From positions 8,564-72,563 of the forward strand of contig JBFWUF010000003.1 in the NCBI GenBank assembly GCA_050247435.1: 64,000 bases of DNA, given 5' to 3'. Positions 1-9,834 of this stretch are shown one piece after another. Made by a program: the position numbers and the translations under genes. Within the stretch, counting starts at the first letter, position 1. Every line of letters starts with the position of its first letter. The notes below the pieces were generated by a model that saw only the letters and a program-made list of their open reading frames with translations, did no database searches and was not told the DNA's origin. Source of the DNA: Blastocatellales bacterium (GTDB taxonomy: Bacteria; Acidobacteriota; Blastocatellia; RBC074).

Positions 1-265
1 GCGACCAGGGTGTGATCCCATCGGGCAAATAGAACAATGCGTTTTTACGTTGTGACGACGGGAGCGCTTGCCCGCGAAAGCCGACATCGCCTCCGTCAGC
101 CGGAGCGATCCCAGCCAGACATTCAAACAGCGTCGTCTTGCCCGCGCCGTTCGGGCCGATCAATCCAAGCGTTTCGCCATCGCGCACTGTGAAGCTCACG
201 TCCTGCAACACAGCGCGCTCGCCGAATTGTTTGGTGATGCCGTTGACTGTCAGCAGATTCAGCAT
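1..265 (-). CDS. ABC transporter ATP-binding protein (5' part; runs off the window start)
   Basis: Manual minus-strand translation from ATG at 265 gives [52 protein letters not shown], with Walker A GPNGAGKT. Absent from the ORF track because it is open-ended. Confidence 0.9.
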   Translation of the reverse strand, partial: MLNLLTVNGITKQFGERAVLQDVSFTVRDGETLGLIGPNGAGKTTLFECLAGIAPADGGDVGFRGQALPSSQRKNALFYLPDGITPWS

Positions 266-326
266 GATCCGTATGTCCGGCAAGCCGGCAGCCTTTGGTA
301 TCTACACAAATCAAAGGCGCATTTTC

Positions 327-509
327 GTCCCGGAGGGGCGCTGGATATTAGCCGGTGATGAAATCACCGGAACCGCGTCGAACACCCATCCCAGCCCCGG
401 CAGGGGCGACAGACCAGTCCCGGTCCGTCGCCCCTGCCGGGGCTGGGTAGTCTTTTCAATTGCTTCCGGTGATTTCATCACCGGCTAATATCCGCTGTGC
501 CTCCGGCAC
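327..509. repeat. Nested palindromic REP/REPIN-like element
   Basis: Perfect 30-bp inverted repeat at 343-372/464-493 encloses a perfect 21-bp inverted repeat at 390-410/427-447. Each arm is itself partly palindromic. Confidence 0.85.
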
Positions 510-559
510 AAAGATTTGTAGATACCATTGACCGGCAGCTTGCCGGACAACGCGCTGAT

Positions 560-3500
560 TCAGAAGATGAACCGCGCTTGCAGTTGGAACATTCGCGGCG
601 GGTCAATGTTCGCGAACGCCGGGATCGCGTTCGTCGCCGTACCGACGCCTCCGACGAACTGGCCGAACGTGGCCGCAGGCGTCTCGGCATTGCCGTAGGT
701 CGTGACCCCGCGTCCCAGAAAATTCCCGTGATTGAAAATATTGAAGCCTTCCAGCCGGAGAAGGATGGACGCGTGTTCCGACAGCTTGATGCGATCCTCG
801 ATGAAGATCGCCACGTCGGAAGTCGGTGTGCCGCGAAACGCCGATTTGCGAATGACGCTGCCGTTGATGACTGGCCGGTCGTTGTTCGCGCCGTCGCCGT
901 TGTTGTCAACGCCAGTGGTGGAATTGAATGGGCGCGCCGACGCAAGCTGCGTCAATGTGCCCGCTGTGAAGTTCCAGGGAAATTGATAGCTGAACGTAAC
1001 GACCGCGCGATGGCGTTGATCAACCACGCTCAGCCCGCGTTCGACCTCGCCCAGCCGCGCGATGTTGCCCTCGTTCGGCCCGATGCCGTTGCCATCCGGC
1101 TCGGTCGTGTTGGTCGCCTTGGACAGCGTGTAGCTGAGCGCGGCGTATATCCGCGAATTGCCGCGATAGCTGATCTGTGTCTGCAAACCGTCGTAATCGG
1201 CGACGCCCAGGTTCATCAAGGCGTTGACTTGGCGCACGCCGCCATTGACCGGCAGGATTGGGCGAGTAGCATTCGCCGCAGCCACAGTTCTCCTCTGTCC
1301 GGGGGCCGTGCGATCAAAAGGCGATGGCGCGTTCAAATCAACCGTGCGATCAATGTCGGACAGATGCTGATGTACGTAATCGCCTCCGACAAACAATCCT
1401 CTGATCACTTCGCGCTCCGCGCCGATGGACACCACCTGGCTGCGCGGATTCACCAACTGATCGGGGTAATTCGGCAGCTTGGAAAAGTCCAGCCCGTAGC
1501 TCGCAAACTGAGATTGGTAGAAGGATCGCAATCCCGCCCTGATCCTGATGTCACGCGCGGGCAATTGCGACGGCGGCAATGTCTTCGGATCGAACGACAG
1601 CGGGAGACACGATCCGGTCAGGCAGGTCGGGAAACCGAATTGCCCTGGCGTCGCGGTGTAGGTCGTCAATCCGTCCAGCCCGTTCACCAGATAGCTGGCG
1701 ACCGCATTGGATCGGATCTGCGTGTAATACATCCCGTAGCCGCCGCGAATCGAGGTGCGCGCATCGCCCCACGGATGCCAGCCGAAGCCGGCGCGCGGCG
1801 CGAAATTCTTCGTCGCGTCGGTCAAGGTCTGCCGGTCGTAGCGCAGCCCCAGGTCAACCGTGAATTCGCGGCGCAGGTTGATGTGATCCTGCACAAAAGC
1901 GGTATAGAGCCACTGCGGCAACTCGTAGCTGCTAATACCGAAGTTGATCGGCTGCGTGTAGTTCTGCACGTCGGCCAGCGTCAATTGATCGAAAGGGGCC
2001 GTAGTCGCGTTCTTGAATGTAAATGTGCCGAGTACCGCCGTGCCCGGCTCGCTGCCCGTGCCGCCTGAAGTGTGATGGATCAGGCTGCCGCCGAAGCGAA
2101 GGTAGTGCTTGCCGATCGTCCACGACAGCGTATCGGAGAACTGCGCCTGATGACTGAAAATGTCGGAAGATCGTGACTGCCCGATATTGAACGGCACGGC
2201 GCCGCTGCGGCTGTAGGTGGTCGAAAGGGTCTTCGCTTCCCAGAGTGTGACCGGGTCGCCGTTCAGGTAGGCGAAGCGCGCCTCGTTGAGCAGATGATCG
2301 TTGATGACCGACGTATGATTGACCTGCGCTGTCCACGACCGTCGCGTGTACCTGCGCGCGACGCTTGGCGCGTTATTGCCGCCCACAGCGTCCTGCGGGT
2401 TGTCATCGTAAAACCGGTCAACGTTGAAGCGGGCCGTCAACGTCTGGCCCGGCGTGAGTTTGTGATCCAGCCGTCCGTCAAGGAGGAACTGGCGATAATG
2501 CCCCGTGTAATCGAGCCGTCCATCAGCCGGCAACAGGAAGGCCGGCAGCGAGCGTGAGAGGAAGGTTGTTCGATCCTGCCGTGTGTAGTCAGCCGTGGCG
2601 AAGAAGAAAGTCTTGTCTTTGATGAGTGGGCCGCCGATTGTGGCGGAGCCTTGCTTCAACGCATCGGGAATGTCCACCGGATTGATCGCCTTGAGTGTGG
2701 TGGGTGTGACGCAACTCGGCGTGGACTTCGGGCAGAAGCCCTTGGTCGAGAAAGTCTCCGCCTGCCAGTCGCCGGGGCGGAACATAAACAAGCCTTCGCC
2801 GTGGAAGCCGTTCGTGCCGGACTTGGTGACGATGTTGAGCGCGGGGCCGGATGTCCATCCGAACTCGGAAGAAAACGCGTTCGTGAGCACGTTGATTTCC
2901 TGGATGGCGCCGAGCGGCACGGTGGCGATAGCCGTCTGGCGGCCCCATCCCTCATCGTTGCTCGCGCCGTCGAGCGTGAAAGTGGTGGTGCGGCGCGAAC
3001 CCACGCCGGTGATGAAGTATGTCGCGTTGACAAAGAGATCGCCTGTGCCTTTTCCCTGACGGAAGGCTGAGTTCAGGAGCGGCAGGGTTGTTGACTTGCG
3101 ACCAAGAATCGGCGTCTCGTCAATGGCCGCGCTGTCGAGCCGGCGGCCAATCTGCGGATCGGCGCGCACGCCTTCGACTGTGCCGAAGATGGCGATTTCC
3201 GCATTCGTCGAACCGACGAGGAGCTTCACCCGCAAGGTTGCGGTCTCGCCCGAACGCAGCGTGATGTCCTTGAGTTCCTGGGCGCTGAATCCTTCCCTTG
3301 ACACGCTGACCGTGTAGGCGCCCGTCAGCGAGAGCGCCGGAATGGTGGCGCTGCCGTCGCTGCCCGAAACAGCCTCGCGCGCGGCGCCGGTCGCGGTGTT
3401 CACCACCGAAACTTTGGCGCCCTTCACGACGGCGCCGTTTTGATCAACCACGTCAACGATCATCGTCGCCGTGTTGGGAGACTGCGCGCGAGCGGGCGCC

Positions 3501-3562
3501 GCAAAAAAGGCAAAGAGCGCAAGCAGAAGCAGAGGCAAGCGCAAGAATTTCCTAGTTGTCAT
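560..3562 (-). CDS. TonB-dependent receptor, Oar-like (N-terminal carboxypeptidase-regulatory-like domain)
   Basis: Signal peptide, VVDQNGAVVKGAKV domain, plug motif AIQEINVLTNAFSSEFG...NIVTKSGTN, C-terminal PRMFQLQARFIF beta-signal. Confidence 0.92.
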   Translation of the reverse strand: MTTRKFLRLPLLLLALFAFFAAPARAQSPNTATMIVDVVDQNGAVVKGAKVSVVNTATGAAREAVSGSDGSATIPALSLTGAYTVSVSREGFSAQELKDITLRSGETATLRVKLLVGSTNAEIAIFGTVEGVRADPQIGRRLDSAAIDETPILGRKSTTLPLLNSAFRQGKGTGDLFVNATYFITGVGSRRTTTFTLDGASNDEGWGRQTAIATVPLGAIQEINVLTNAFSSEFGWTSGPALNIVTKSGTNGFHGEGLFMFRPGDWQAETFSTKGFCPKSTPSCVTPTTLKAINPVDIPDALKQGSATIGGPLIKDKTFFFATADYTRQDRTTFLSRSLPAFLLPADGRLDYTGHYRQFLLDGRLDHKLTPGQTLTARFNVDRFYDDNPQDAVGGNNAPSVARRYTRRSWTAQVNHTSVINDHLLNEARFAYLNGDPVTLWEAKTLSTTYSRSGAVPFNIGQSRSSDIFSHQAQFSDTLSWTIGKHYLRFGGSLIHHTSGGTGSEPGTAVLGTFTFKNATTAPFDQLTLADVQNYTQPINFGISSYELPQWLYTAFVQDHINLRREFTVDLGLRYDRQTLTDATKNFAPRAGFGWHPWGDARTSIRGGYGMYYTQIRSNAVASYLVNGLDGLTTYTATPGQFGFPTCLTGSCLPLSFDPKTLPPSQLPARDIRIRAGLRSFYQSQFASYGLDFSKLPNYPDQLVNPRSQVVSIGAEREVIRGLFVGGDYVHQHLSDIDRTVDLNAPSPFDRTAPGQRRTVAAANATRPILPVNGGVRQVNALMNLGVADYDGLQTQISYRGNSRIYAALSYTLSKATNTTEPDGNGIGPNEGNIARLGEVERGLSVVDQRHRAVVTFSYQFPWNFTAGTLTQLASARPFNSTTGVDNNGDGANNDRPVINGSVIRKSAFRGTPTSDVAIFIEDRIKLSEHASILLRLEGFNIFNHGNFLGRGVTTYGNAETPAATFGQFVGGVGTATNAIPAFANIDPPRMFQLQARFIF

Positions 3563-3894
3563 TTTAATCCCCAGTCGTTATTGAAGCGGTTCGTGCTATG
3601 GATTGGTTCCGGTGGCTCTGCAATTCCAATGGAGGCGTGATGCTAGTCCGATGATCAAACTACTACCAGTCATCGTAGTCGGTGGTGAATCAACGATCTG
3701 GAAGGCGATTGAGAACGGCCAGGACTTCAATCAGTGCGCAAACCGCTGGGAACGCACGCGAGGGCGCGTGCGTTCCCAGAGGGGCGGTTTTGCTCATCTC
3801 TCAAAGTTGTGGTAACTTCCGCCGCTACTTCAGACCAATCATCCCGACCCGACAAATGCATCATCTACTCGAACAACCTCAGGAAGGAAGAACT

Positions 3895-5091
3895 ATGTCC
3901 AAGCTTTCTATTCGTGACCTCGACTTGGCGGGGAAGAGAGTTTTCATCCGTGTTGATTTCAACGTTCCGCTAGAAAACGGCAAGGTCGCCGATGACACCC
4001 GCATCACCGCGGCGATTCCGACAATTCAATATGCGATTGATAAAGGCGCGCGTGTGATTCTGGCTTCGCACCTGGGCCGCCCCAAAGGGCAGCGCAATCC
4101 GAAGTATTCGCTCAAGCCTGTGGCCGAACATCTGTCGAAGGTGATCGGCAACCCCGTCGCCTTCGCCAATGATTGCGTCGGCGAAGAAACTGCGAAAGTC
4201 GTGGGCGCGATGAAGGATGGCGACATCGCGCTGCTCGAAAACCTGCGCTTTCATCCCGAAGAGGAAGCCAACGATCCGAAGTTCGCTGAACAACTTGCTG
4301 CGCTCTGCGACGTTTACGTCAACGACGCGTTCGGCACGGCCCATCGCGCGCACGCCTCGACTGAAGGAATCACAAAATTCGTCAAACAGTCCGCCGCTGG
4401 ATTTTTGATGGAAAAGGAGCTTCGCTACCTGATCGGAGCTTTGAGCAATCCCCGACGCCCGTTTGTTGTGATCCTCGGCGGCGCGAAAGTCAGCGACAAG
4501 ATTCAAGTCATCGAAAACCTGCTCAAATCCGCCGATGCGGTGCTGATCGGCGGCGCGATGGCTTACACGTTCCTGAAAGCTCGCGGACTCGAAACCGGCA
4601 AATCGCTGGTCGAAGTGGACAAGACCGAACTCGCCAGCCAACTCGAAGCCAAGGCCAAAGAGCGCGGCGTGAATCTGCAACTGCCAATTGATCACGTCGT
4701 GGCGGCCAATCCCGACGACGGCGCGAACGCGAAGACGGTCAGCGTCGAGGCCACGCCCGCCGACAAGATGGGATTGGATATCGGTGAAGCAACGCAGAAG
4801 AATTACGGCGACATCATCGCCTCGGCGCAAACCATCATCTGGAACGGCCCGATGGGAATGTTCGAGAAGCCGCCATTTGATCGCGGCACTCGCGCCGTCG
4901 CGCAAGCAGTCGTTGAAGCGTCCGAGAAAAACAACGCGACCTCGATCATCGGCGGCGGCGACAGCGTAGCGGCGATTCAGGAGTCGGGCCTGGCTGACAA
5001 GATCACGCACATCTCGACGGGTGGCGGAGCGACGCTTGAATTGCTGGCGGGAGACACGCTGCCTGGCGTGGCCGCGCTGAATGAAAAATAG
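3895..5091 (+). CDS. pgk: Phosphoglycerate kinase
   Basis: [41 protein letters not shown] and GGGDS motifs. ATG 3895 follows an AGGAAGGA RBS. Confidence 0.98.
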   Translation: MSKLSIRDLDLAGKRVFIRVDFNVPLENGKVADDTRITAAIPTIQYAIDKGARVILASHLGRPKGQRNPKYSLKPVAEHLSKVIGNPVAFANDCVGEETAKVVGAMKDGDIALLENLRFHPEEEANDPKFAEQLAALCDVYVNDAFGTAHRAHASTEGITKFVKQSAAGFLMEKELRYLIGALSNPRRPFVVILGGAKVSDKIQVIENLLKSADAVLIGGAMAYTFLKARGLETGKSLVEVDKTELASQLEAKAKERGVNLQLPIDHVVAANPDDGANAKTVSVEATPADKMGLDIGEATQKNYGDIIASAQTIIWNGPMGMFEKPPFDRGTRAVAQAVVEASEKNNATSIIGGGDSVAAIQESGLADKITHISTGGGATLELLAGDTLPGVAALNEK

Positions 5092-5097
5092 CTTTTA

Positions 5098-5166
5098 TCC
5101 ACGAAGGCGCACGAAGGTTCACGAAGCAGAATGTCAGCCTTCGTGTTTCTTCGTGTTCTTCGTGGA
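5098..5166. repeat. Inverted array of CACGAAG units (period 9-10)
   Basis: cacgaag x3 followed by cttcgtg x3 in the pgk-tpiA spacer. Confidence 0.8.
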
Positions 5167-5177
5167 GAGGAAAGAGA

Positions 5178-5936
5178 ATGCGAAAACCAGTAATTGCCGG
5201 AAATTGGAAAATGTATAAGTTGATCGGCGACGCGGTGGCCACTGGCTCCGCGCTCAAACCGCTGGTCGCAAACGCCAATCATTGCGAGATCGTCGTCGCG
5301 CCGCCGTTCACCGCGATCAAGGCCGTCGCCGACCGCCTGGAAGGATCGAACATCAAAGTAGCCGCGCAGGACGTTTCGACCGAGGCGAAACACGGCGCAC
5401 ACACTGGCGAAGTCTGCGGCGATATGTTGAAAGATGCTGGCGCGTCACACGTCATCATCGGCCATTCCGAGCGGCGCGCGATGTACGGTGACACCGACGA
5501 AGTGGTCAACCGCAAGATTCGTGCGGCTCTGCATTTCAATCTGACGCCGATTGTCTGCATCGGCGAGACGCTCGAAGAGCGCGACGCGGGGCGTGAAGAA
5601 GAGGTTGTGGCGTCTCAGCTTGCGCGAAGTTTGGCTGAGTTGACAGCTAATGACCTGATCCGTATTATCGCCGCTTACGAACCGGTCTGGGCGATTGGCA
5701 CTGGACGCACCGCGACGCCCGAACAGGCCCAACGAATGCATGCATTCATTCGCCAGTGGATTTCAAAACACTTCGATCAATCAACTGCCGATGGTTTGCG
5801 GATTCTTTACGGCGGAAGCGTCAAGCCGGAGAACATCTCCGATCTGATGCGCGAAGCCGACATTGACGGGGCGCTGGTAGGCGGCGCAAGTCTCGACGCC
5901 GAGAGTTTCGCGAAGATAGTCAACTACGACCGGTAA
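5178..5936 (+). CDS. tpiA: Triosephosphate isomerase
   Basis: [32 protein letters not shown] and LVGGASL motifs. Confidence 0.98.
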   Translation: MRKPVIAGNWKMYKLIGDAVATGSALKPLVANANHCEIVVAPPFTAIKAVADRLEGSNIKVAAQDVSTEAKHGAHTGEVCGDMLKDAGASHVIIGHSERRAMYGDTDEVVNRKIRAALHFNLTPIVCIGETLEERDAGREEEVVASQLARSLAELTANDLIRIIAAYEPVWAIGTGRTATPEQAQRMHAFIRQWISKHFDQSTADGLRILYGGSVKPENISDLMREADIDGALVGGASLDAESFAKIVNYDR

Positions 5937-5970
5937 CCAAATTTCAGAATATCGGGGAAGGTAATTAACC

Positions 5971-6372
5971 TTGATAGCCATCATTTTCAAAGGTATTTTC
6001 GTTCTGGTTTGCTTGTTCCTGATCCTGGTCATCCTTTTGCAATCGGGAAAGGGAGGAGACGTGGCGGCGGCATTCGGCGGATCGGGCAGTCAGACGGCCT
6101 TCGGCCCGCGCGGCGCGCAGAAGCCGCTTGAAAAAGCGACCGTGGTCGCCGCGATGATCTTTATGTTCCTCGCGCTGCTCTTTTCGGTGCCCGGCTTCGG
6201 AACCTATTCGGTTGTCAACGAAGGCGCGGCGCCTCCTGCGCAACCTTCTCCGGCATCGAACCCGGCTGCGCTTCCTTCGCCGACTCCGGCGGCTTCGCCA
6301 AGCCCGGCTGCTGCGGCGAGTCCGGCGGCAAGTCCAAACGCGTCGCCGGCGGCGTCGCCCGCGAAGCAGTAA
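5971..6372 (+). CDS. secG: Preprotein translocase subunit SecG with Pro/Ala/Ser-rich tail
   Basis: [25 protein letters not shown] motif, two TM helices, canonical tpiA-secG-tRNA-Leu order. The TTG start is uncertain. Confidence 0.93.
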   Translation: MIAIIFKGIFVLVCLFLILVILLQSGKGGDVAAAFGGSGSQTAFGPRGAQKPLEKATVVAAMIFMFLALLFSVPGFGTYSVVNEGAAPPAQPSPASNPAALPSPTPAASPSPAAAASPAASPNASPAASPAKQ

Positions 6373-6398
6373 AGCTCTTTTTCAAGCCCAAGTTGCAG

Positions 6399-6480
6399 GC
6401 TCGGATGGCGGAACTGGTAGACGCGCACGTTTGAGGGGCGTGTGGGGCAACCCGTGCGAGTTCGATTCTCGCTCCGAGCA
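6399..6480 (+). tRNA. tRNA-Leu(GAG)
   Basis: Acceptor stem GCTCGGA/TCCGAGC, D-loop GGAACTGGTAGAC, anticodon loop TT-GAG-GG, long variable arm, GTTCGATTC T-loop. CCA is not encoded. Confidence 0.95.
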
Positions 6481-6490
6481 TCAAAACTCA

Positions 6491-6539
6491 AAAAAGGCCA
6501 CTGATGGCGAACGGGTTGTCAGTGGCCCTTTCGTTTTTT
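6491..6539 (+). terminator. Intrinsic terminator after tRNA-Leu
   Basis: GGCCACTGA...TCAGTGGCC stem followed by a T-rich tract. Confidence 0.75.
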
Positions 6540-6642
6540 GGCCGTAATTTGGCCAGCTTCGACTATTCAGTCCGTTTTGTATATCTTCTCTTCCTCCTAC
6601 AGCGTTTCTCAAATGAATGTTCAGTTTTGCCGCAGCGCGACA

Positions 6643-6722
6643 GCGTTTGGGGTGCGGCGAGTCCTCGCCGCTTAGCGTTGGAAGCAAGTCAAAGCGGTGA
6701 GGACTCGCCGCACTCCAAACGC
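6643..6722. repeat. REP-like inverted doublet
   Basis: gcgtttggggtgcggcgagtcctcgccgctt and the near-perfect inverse aagcggtgaggactcgccgcactccaaacgc. Confidence 0.8.
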
Positions 6723-6899
6723 GCCGCGCCTCTGAACACGCAACTGGAAACTGCTATAATCCTTCTCACTTCGGGCAGACTCTGGTAATGTGTGCGCGCG
6801 CCGTCGTCCCGGTGGGAAATTCATTCCTAGAATTAAACTGGAATACATATACGCAAACCACATCGCGGTTCGCCAAGGATCTGCGAGGAGGCTCAATCT

Positions 6900-8378
6900 A
6901 TGTGTAGAAAAAGTTGGCCGGTACTGGTTATCGCGGTAATCGTCTCGGCAGTGTTGATCCAAACGAGCGGATCGAGCCGCGTGAATGCGGAGACTCAACT
7001 CCCGAACATCGTCTTCATCATCGGCGAGGACCTGGGGCCGGAGTTTGGATGTTATGGCGACAAGCTGGCGCGCACGCCGAACATTGACCGGCTGGCGCGC
7101 GAAGGGGCGCGGTTCACTCGCGCGTTCACGCACGCGCCGGTTTGCGCGCCGAGCCGGTCGGGGTTGATCACCGGGCAATATCCAACGACCATCGGCACGC
7201 ACCATATGCGCTCGACGTTGCTCAAACCGCCGCCGCTCTTCACCGATTATTTGAAGAAGGCAGGGTATGTGATTGCCTGGCCGACGAAGACACCTTACGG
7301 CAAGACTGATTTCAACTTCACTCCGCCCGAAGGCTGGGCGGATGTCGTGACCGATTGGACTCGGGAGATTCCGAAGCGACCTTTCTTCGGCTATTTCAAC
7401 GTCACGACTTCGCATGAGAGCCAGGTTCGCGCCGTGCCGGAACAGCACGCGAAAAACACCGCCAGGCTGAAGCCTGAAGACCGGCAGGAACCGGCGAAGA
7501 TGGTCTTGCCGCCTTACTATCCCGACACGCCCGAAGTGCGGAACGATTTCAAACAGTATTACGAGATAGCGACGGCGGTTGATTACAAGGTCGGCGACGT
7601 GCTCGAAGCGCTGGATCGCGCGGGAGTGGCTGACAACACCATTGTGTTCTTCTTTGGCGACCACGGGCGCGGGATGCCGCGCAGCAAGCGATGGGTTTAC
7701 AACCAGGGCGTTCACGTTCCGCTGATCATCCGCTGGCCGGGCAAGATCAAACCGGATTCGGTGCGCGAAGATCTGGTCTGCTTCATGGATTTCGCGCCGA
7801 CGCTGCTCTCGATTGCCGGCGTTGAGATTCCGAAAGTGTTGCCGGGGCGCGCAATCATTGGGCCGAAGACTCAGTCTGAACCGAAATACGTCTTCGCCGC
7901 GCGCGACCGGATGGATGAGACCTTCGACCGCATTCGCGGTGTGCGCGAGCGGCGTTTTCATTACATCCGCAATTTTTATCCCGGATTGCCTTATGCGCAG
8001 GTTGTTCTGTACAACGAAGAGAATCCGATCATGCAAGCGTGGCGGCGCGCTTTCGCCCAGGGCAAATTGAACGATACGCAGCGACAGTTCTTCGCGCCTG
8101 CAAAGCCGCCCGAAGAGTTGTACGACGCCGAGGCCGATCCGCACGAGATCAACAACCTGGCCAGTTCGCCGGAGCATCGGAAGAAGTTGTTGGAGATGCG
8201 CGCGGCGCTCGACCGGTGGATGAAAGAGACTAACGACCTGGGCGCGGTTCCAGAAGCAGAGTTGGTCAAGCGCGGGTTGGTGGCCGACAGGTTGAAAGAG
8301 TACGAAGAGCGGAAGAGAAACGGGCTGTCCGACAGAGCGAGGCGTCAGCCGAACGTGAGACCACAAACTCAAAACTGA
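6900..8378 (+). CDS. Secreted formylglycine-dependent sulfatase
   Basis: Signal peptide, PNIVFIIGEDLG, CAPSR (CxPxR), FGDHG, HVPLIIRWPG, EELYD...DPHEINNLA. Confidence 0.95.
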   Translation: MCRKSWPVLVIAVIVSAVLIQTSGSSRVNAETQLPNIVFIIGEDLGPEFGCYGDKLARTPNIDRLAREGARFTRAFTHAPVCAPSRSGLITGQYPTTIGTHHMRSTLLKPPPLFTDYLKKAGYVIAWPTKTPYGKTDFNFTPPEGWADVVTDWTREIPKRPFFGYFNVTTSHESQVRAVPEQHAKNTARLKPEDRQEPAKMVLPPYYPDTPEVRNDFKQYYEIATAVDYKVGDVLEALDRAGVADNTIVFFFGDHGRGMPRSKRWVYNQGVHVPLIIRWPGKIKPDSVREDLVCFMDFAPTLLSIAGVEIPKVLPGRAIIGPKTQSEPKYVFAARDRMDETFDRIRGVRERRFHYIRNFYPGLPYAQVVLYNEENPIMQAWRRAFAQGKLNDTQRQFFAPAKPPEELYDAEADPHEINNLASSPEHRKKLLEMRAALDRWMKETNDLGAVPEAELVKRGLVADRLKEYEERKRNGLSDRARRQPNVRPQTQN

Positions 8379-8379
8379 T

Positions 8380-9465
8380 TCACCTTGCCATCAGAAGATA
8401 CCAGGCGAACAGAAACATTTGACTGAACCAGACCAGTGAAAAAACCGCCAGCCCCGACTCCGCTTTGGTTCTGCGCGTGCTGAGATAGATCATATACGCG
8501 ATCAGCGCGAGAGCGAGCAGCGCCTGGAAAGTCGCCACCCCTGACAGGTAACTCTGCCGATACAGAATTGCGCCTCCCGCCACCGCCATCAGAATGCCCG
8601 ATCGAAAGTATCTCATTACGACTCTCAGCAGTCTGTTTGACATGTCCGAAGGGTTGACCGCCAGGCTTGTTGAGCTTCGCGACAGCCACGTCACGATCAC
8701 CGCTGCCATTCCCAGCATAAGGCCTCCGCCGAGCAGGCAAAGCCCCAAAAGGTCCAGCCACGGAATCCGCTTATCGCCGAAGGCGCCCATCTTGATCGCC
8801 AGAACATTCTTGAGCAGTGAATACTTTGAAACATTGTTGAAGCTTTCCGCTGAGCCGAGGTTGAGCGAGTAGCTGCCGGTGAAATGGTTGGGTTCGTACA
8901 AGGCGATGTAATACGTTTGCCCGGCAGTCAACTGTACCTGCTGCTGGTTGCCTCGATAGAGCCTTTCGAACAATCGATTTTCGAAGAAGACGCCGCGCTC
9001 TCCCTGCGGCGGCATGATTAGTAGCGCCTGCAATCCTTGCGGCACTGTGATTGGCAGAGGCGAAGGCGGCTCTGATTGCGGCTGTGGCGCGATGTCGTGT
9101 CCGAAGATGACGACGGCGGGGCGAAAGTGTTGATTGGATTGCTGCGCCGGGACGAGCGCTTCGATAGGTATTGTTTCGCTTTTCGCCGGGACGAATGCGT
9201 ACAGGTCAACTTCGTTCGGCCATCCCAACCTGCCATAAATGGCCAGTGAAGTTTGTGTGGGATCAGTGATCATCACGGCATCCTGCGAAAATTCGGAGCA
9301 AGACGCGGCCTGCCGCGCATTTCTGAACTGATCTTCGATCACAGGCTGACGCCCAAGAACGGAGTTTGCGAGCGCGAGCAGGCAGCAAGCGCCGGCCAAT
9401 AAGCGAGTCGGCGTCCGCGCTTCTGAAACAGGACTGCTTTGCATTCCCCAATAACCAAATTTCAT
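8380..9465 (-). CDS. Hypothetical membrane protein (exported beta-sandwich-like domain plus about 4 C-terminal TM helices)
   Basis: Long ORF with an N-terminal hydrophobic segment, a soluble domain (YGRLGWPNEVDLYAF) and a hydrophobic C-terminus. Start uncertain. Confidence 0.7.
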   Translation of the reverse strand: MKFGYWGMQSSPVSEARTPTRLLAGACCLLALANSVLGRQPVIEDQFRNARQAASCSEFSQDAVMITDPTQTSLAIYGRLGWPNEVDLYAFVPAKSETIPIEALVPAQQSNQHFRPAVVIFGHDIAPQPQSEPPSPLPITVPQGLQALLIMPPQGERGVFFENRLFERLYRGNQQQVQLTAGQTYYIALYEPNHFTGSYSLNLGSAESFNNVSKYSLLKNVLAIKMGAFGDKRIPWLDLLGLCLLGGGLMLGMAAVIVTWLSRSSTSLAVNPSDMSNRLLRVVMRYFRSGILMAVAGGAILYRQSYLSGVATFQALLALALIAYMIYLSTRRTKAESGLAVFSLVWFSQMFLFAWYLLMAR

Positions 9466-9834
9466 CAGACATCACTACCAGTAGCCTGAGCCTTAATTAG
9501 ACTCGGGCTACACGCGCTCCTTCAGCGTGGAGACTCTGTAAACAACACATCCGGTGATTGAGCTTTTGCTCTTTGCAATCCATACGCCGCAGCGCGTGAG
9601 CGCCGCGCGGGGGAGCCGTTCTCTGTACATTCCTTACGGCGCCATCTTTGCGGCCCCTGCTTGAGAGCCGCGACCCCGACAATTGAATCGAATCGAATCA
9701 GGGAGACACATACAGTCGTCCGTCTTCGCCGGAACAGATGTATTTAAGAGTTACAGGAGCGGCCGCGGCGCGCCATTTTCATTATTTGTTTTTGAAAGGA
9801 GAGATGCCTGAATCAGAACTTGAACAAACGGAAA

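Noticed and set aside
497-2068. 523-aa plus-strand ORF
   Set aside because: Antisense shadow of the TonB-dependent receptor. It has no motifs and is typical of high-GC codon bias.
3563-3890. Cobalamin riboswitch upstream of the TonB receptor
   Set aside because: No convincing B12-box or conserved GGGAA/GCCACTG arrangement.
6672-8372. 566-aa minus-strand ORF
   Set aside because: Antisense to the clearly recognisable sulfatase.
9481-9700. Possible riboswitch (c-di-GMP-like GCAAAG/TAAG words and hairpins) upstream of the 8380-9465 gene
   Set aside because: Only scattered words match and I cannot build the consensus P1/P2 architecture. An Rfam scan would be needed.
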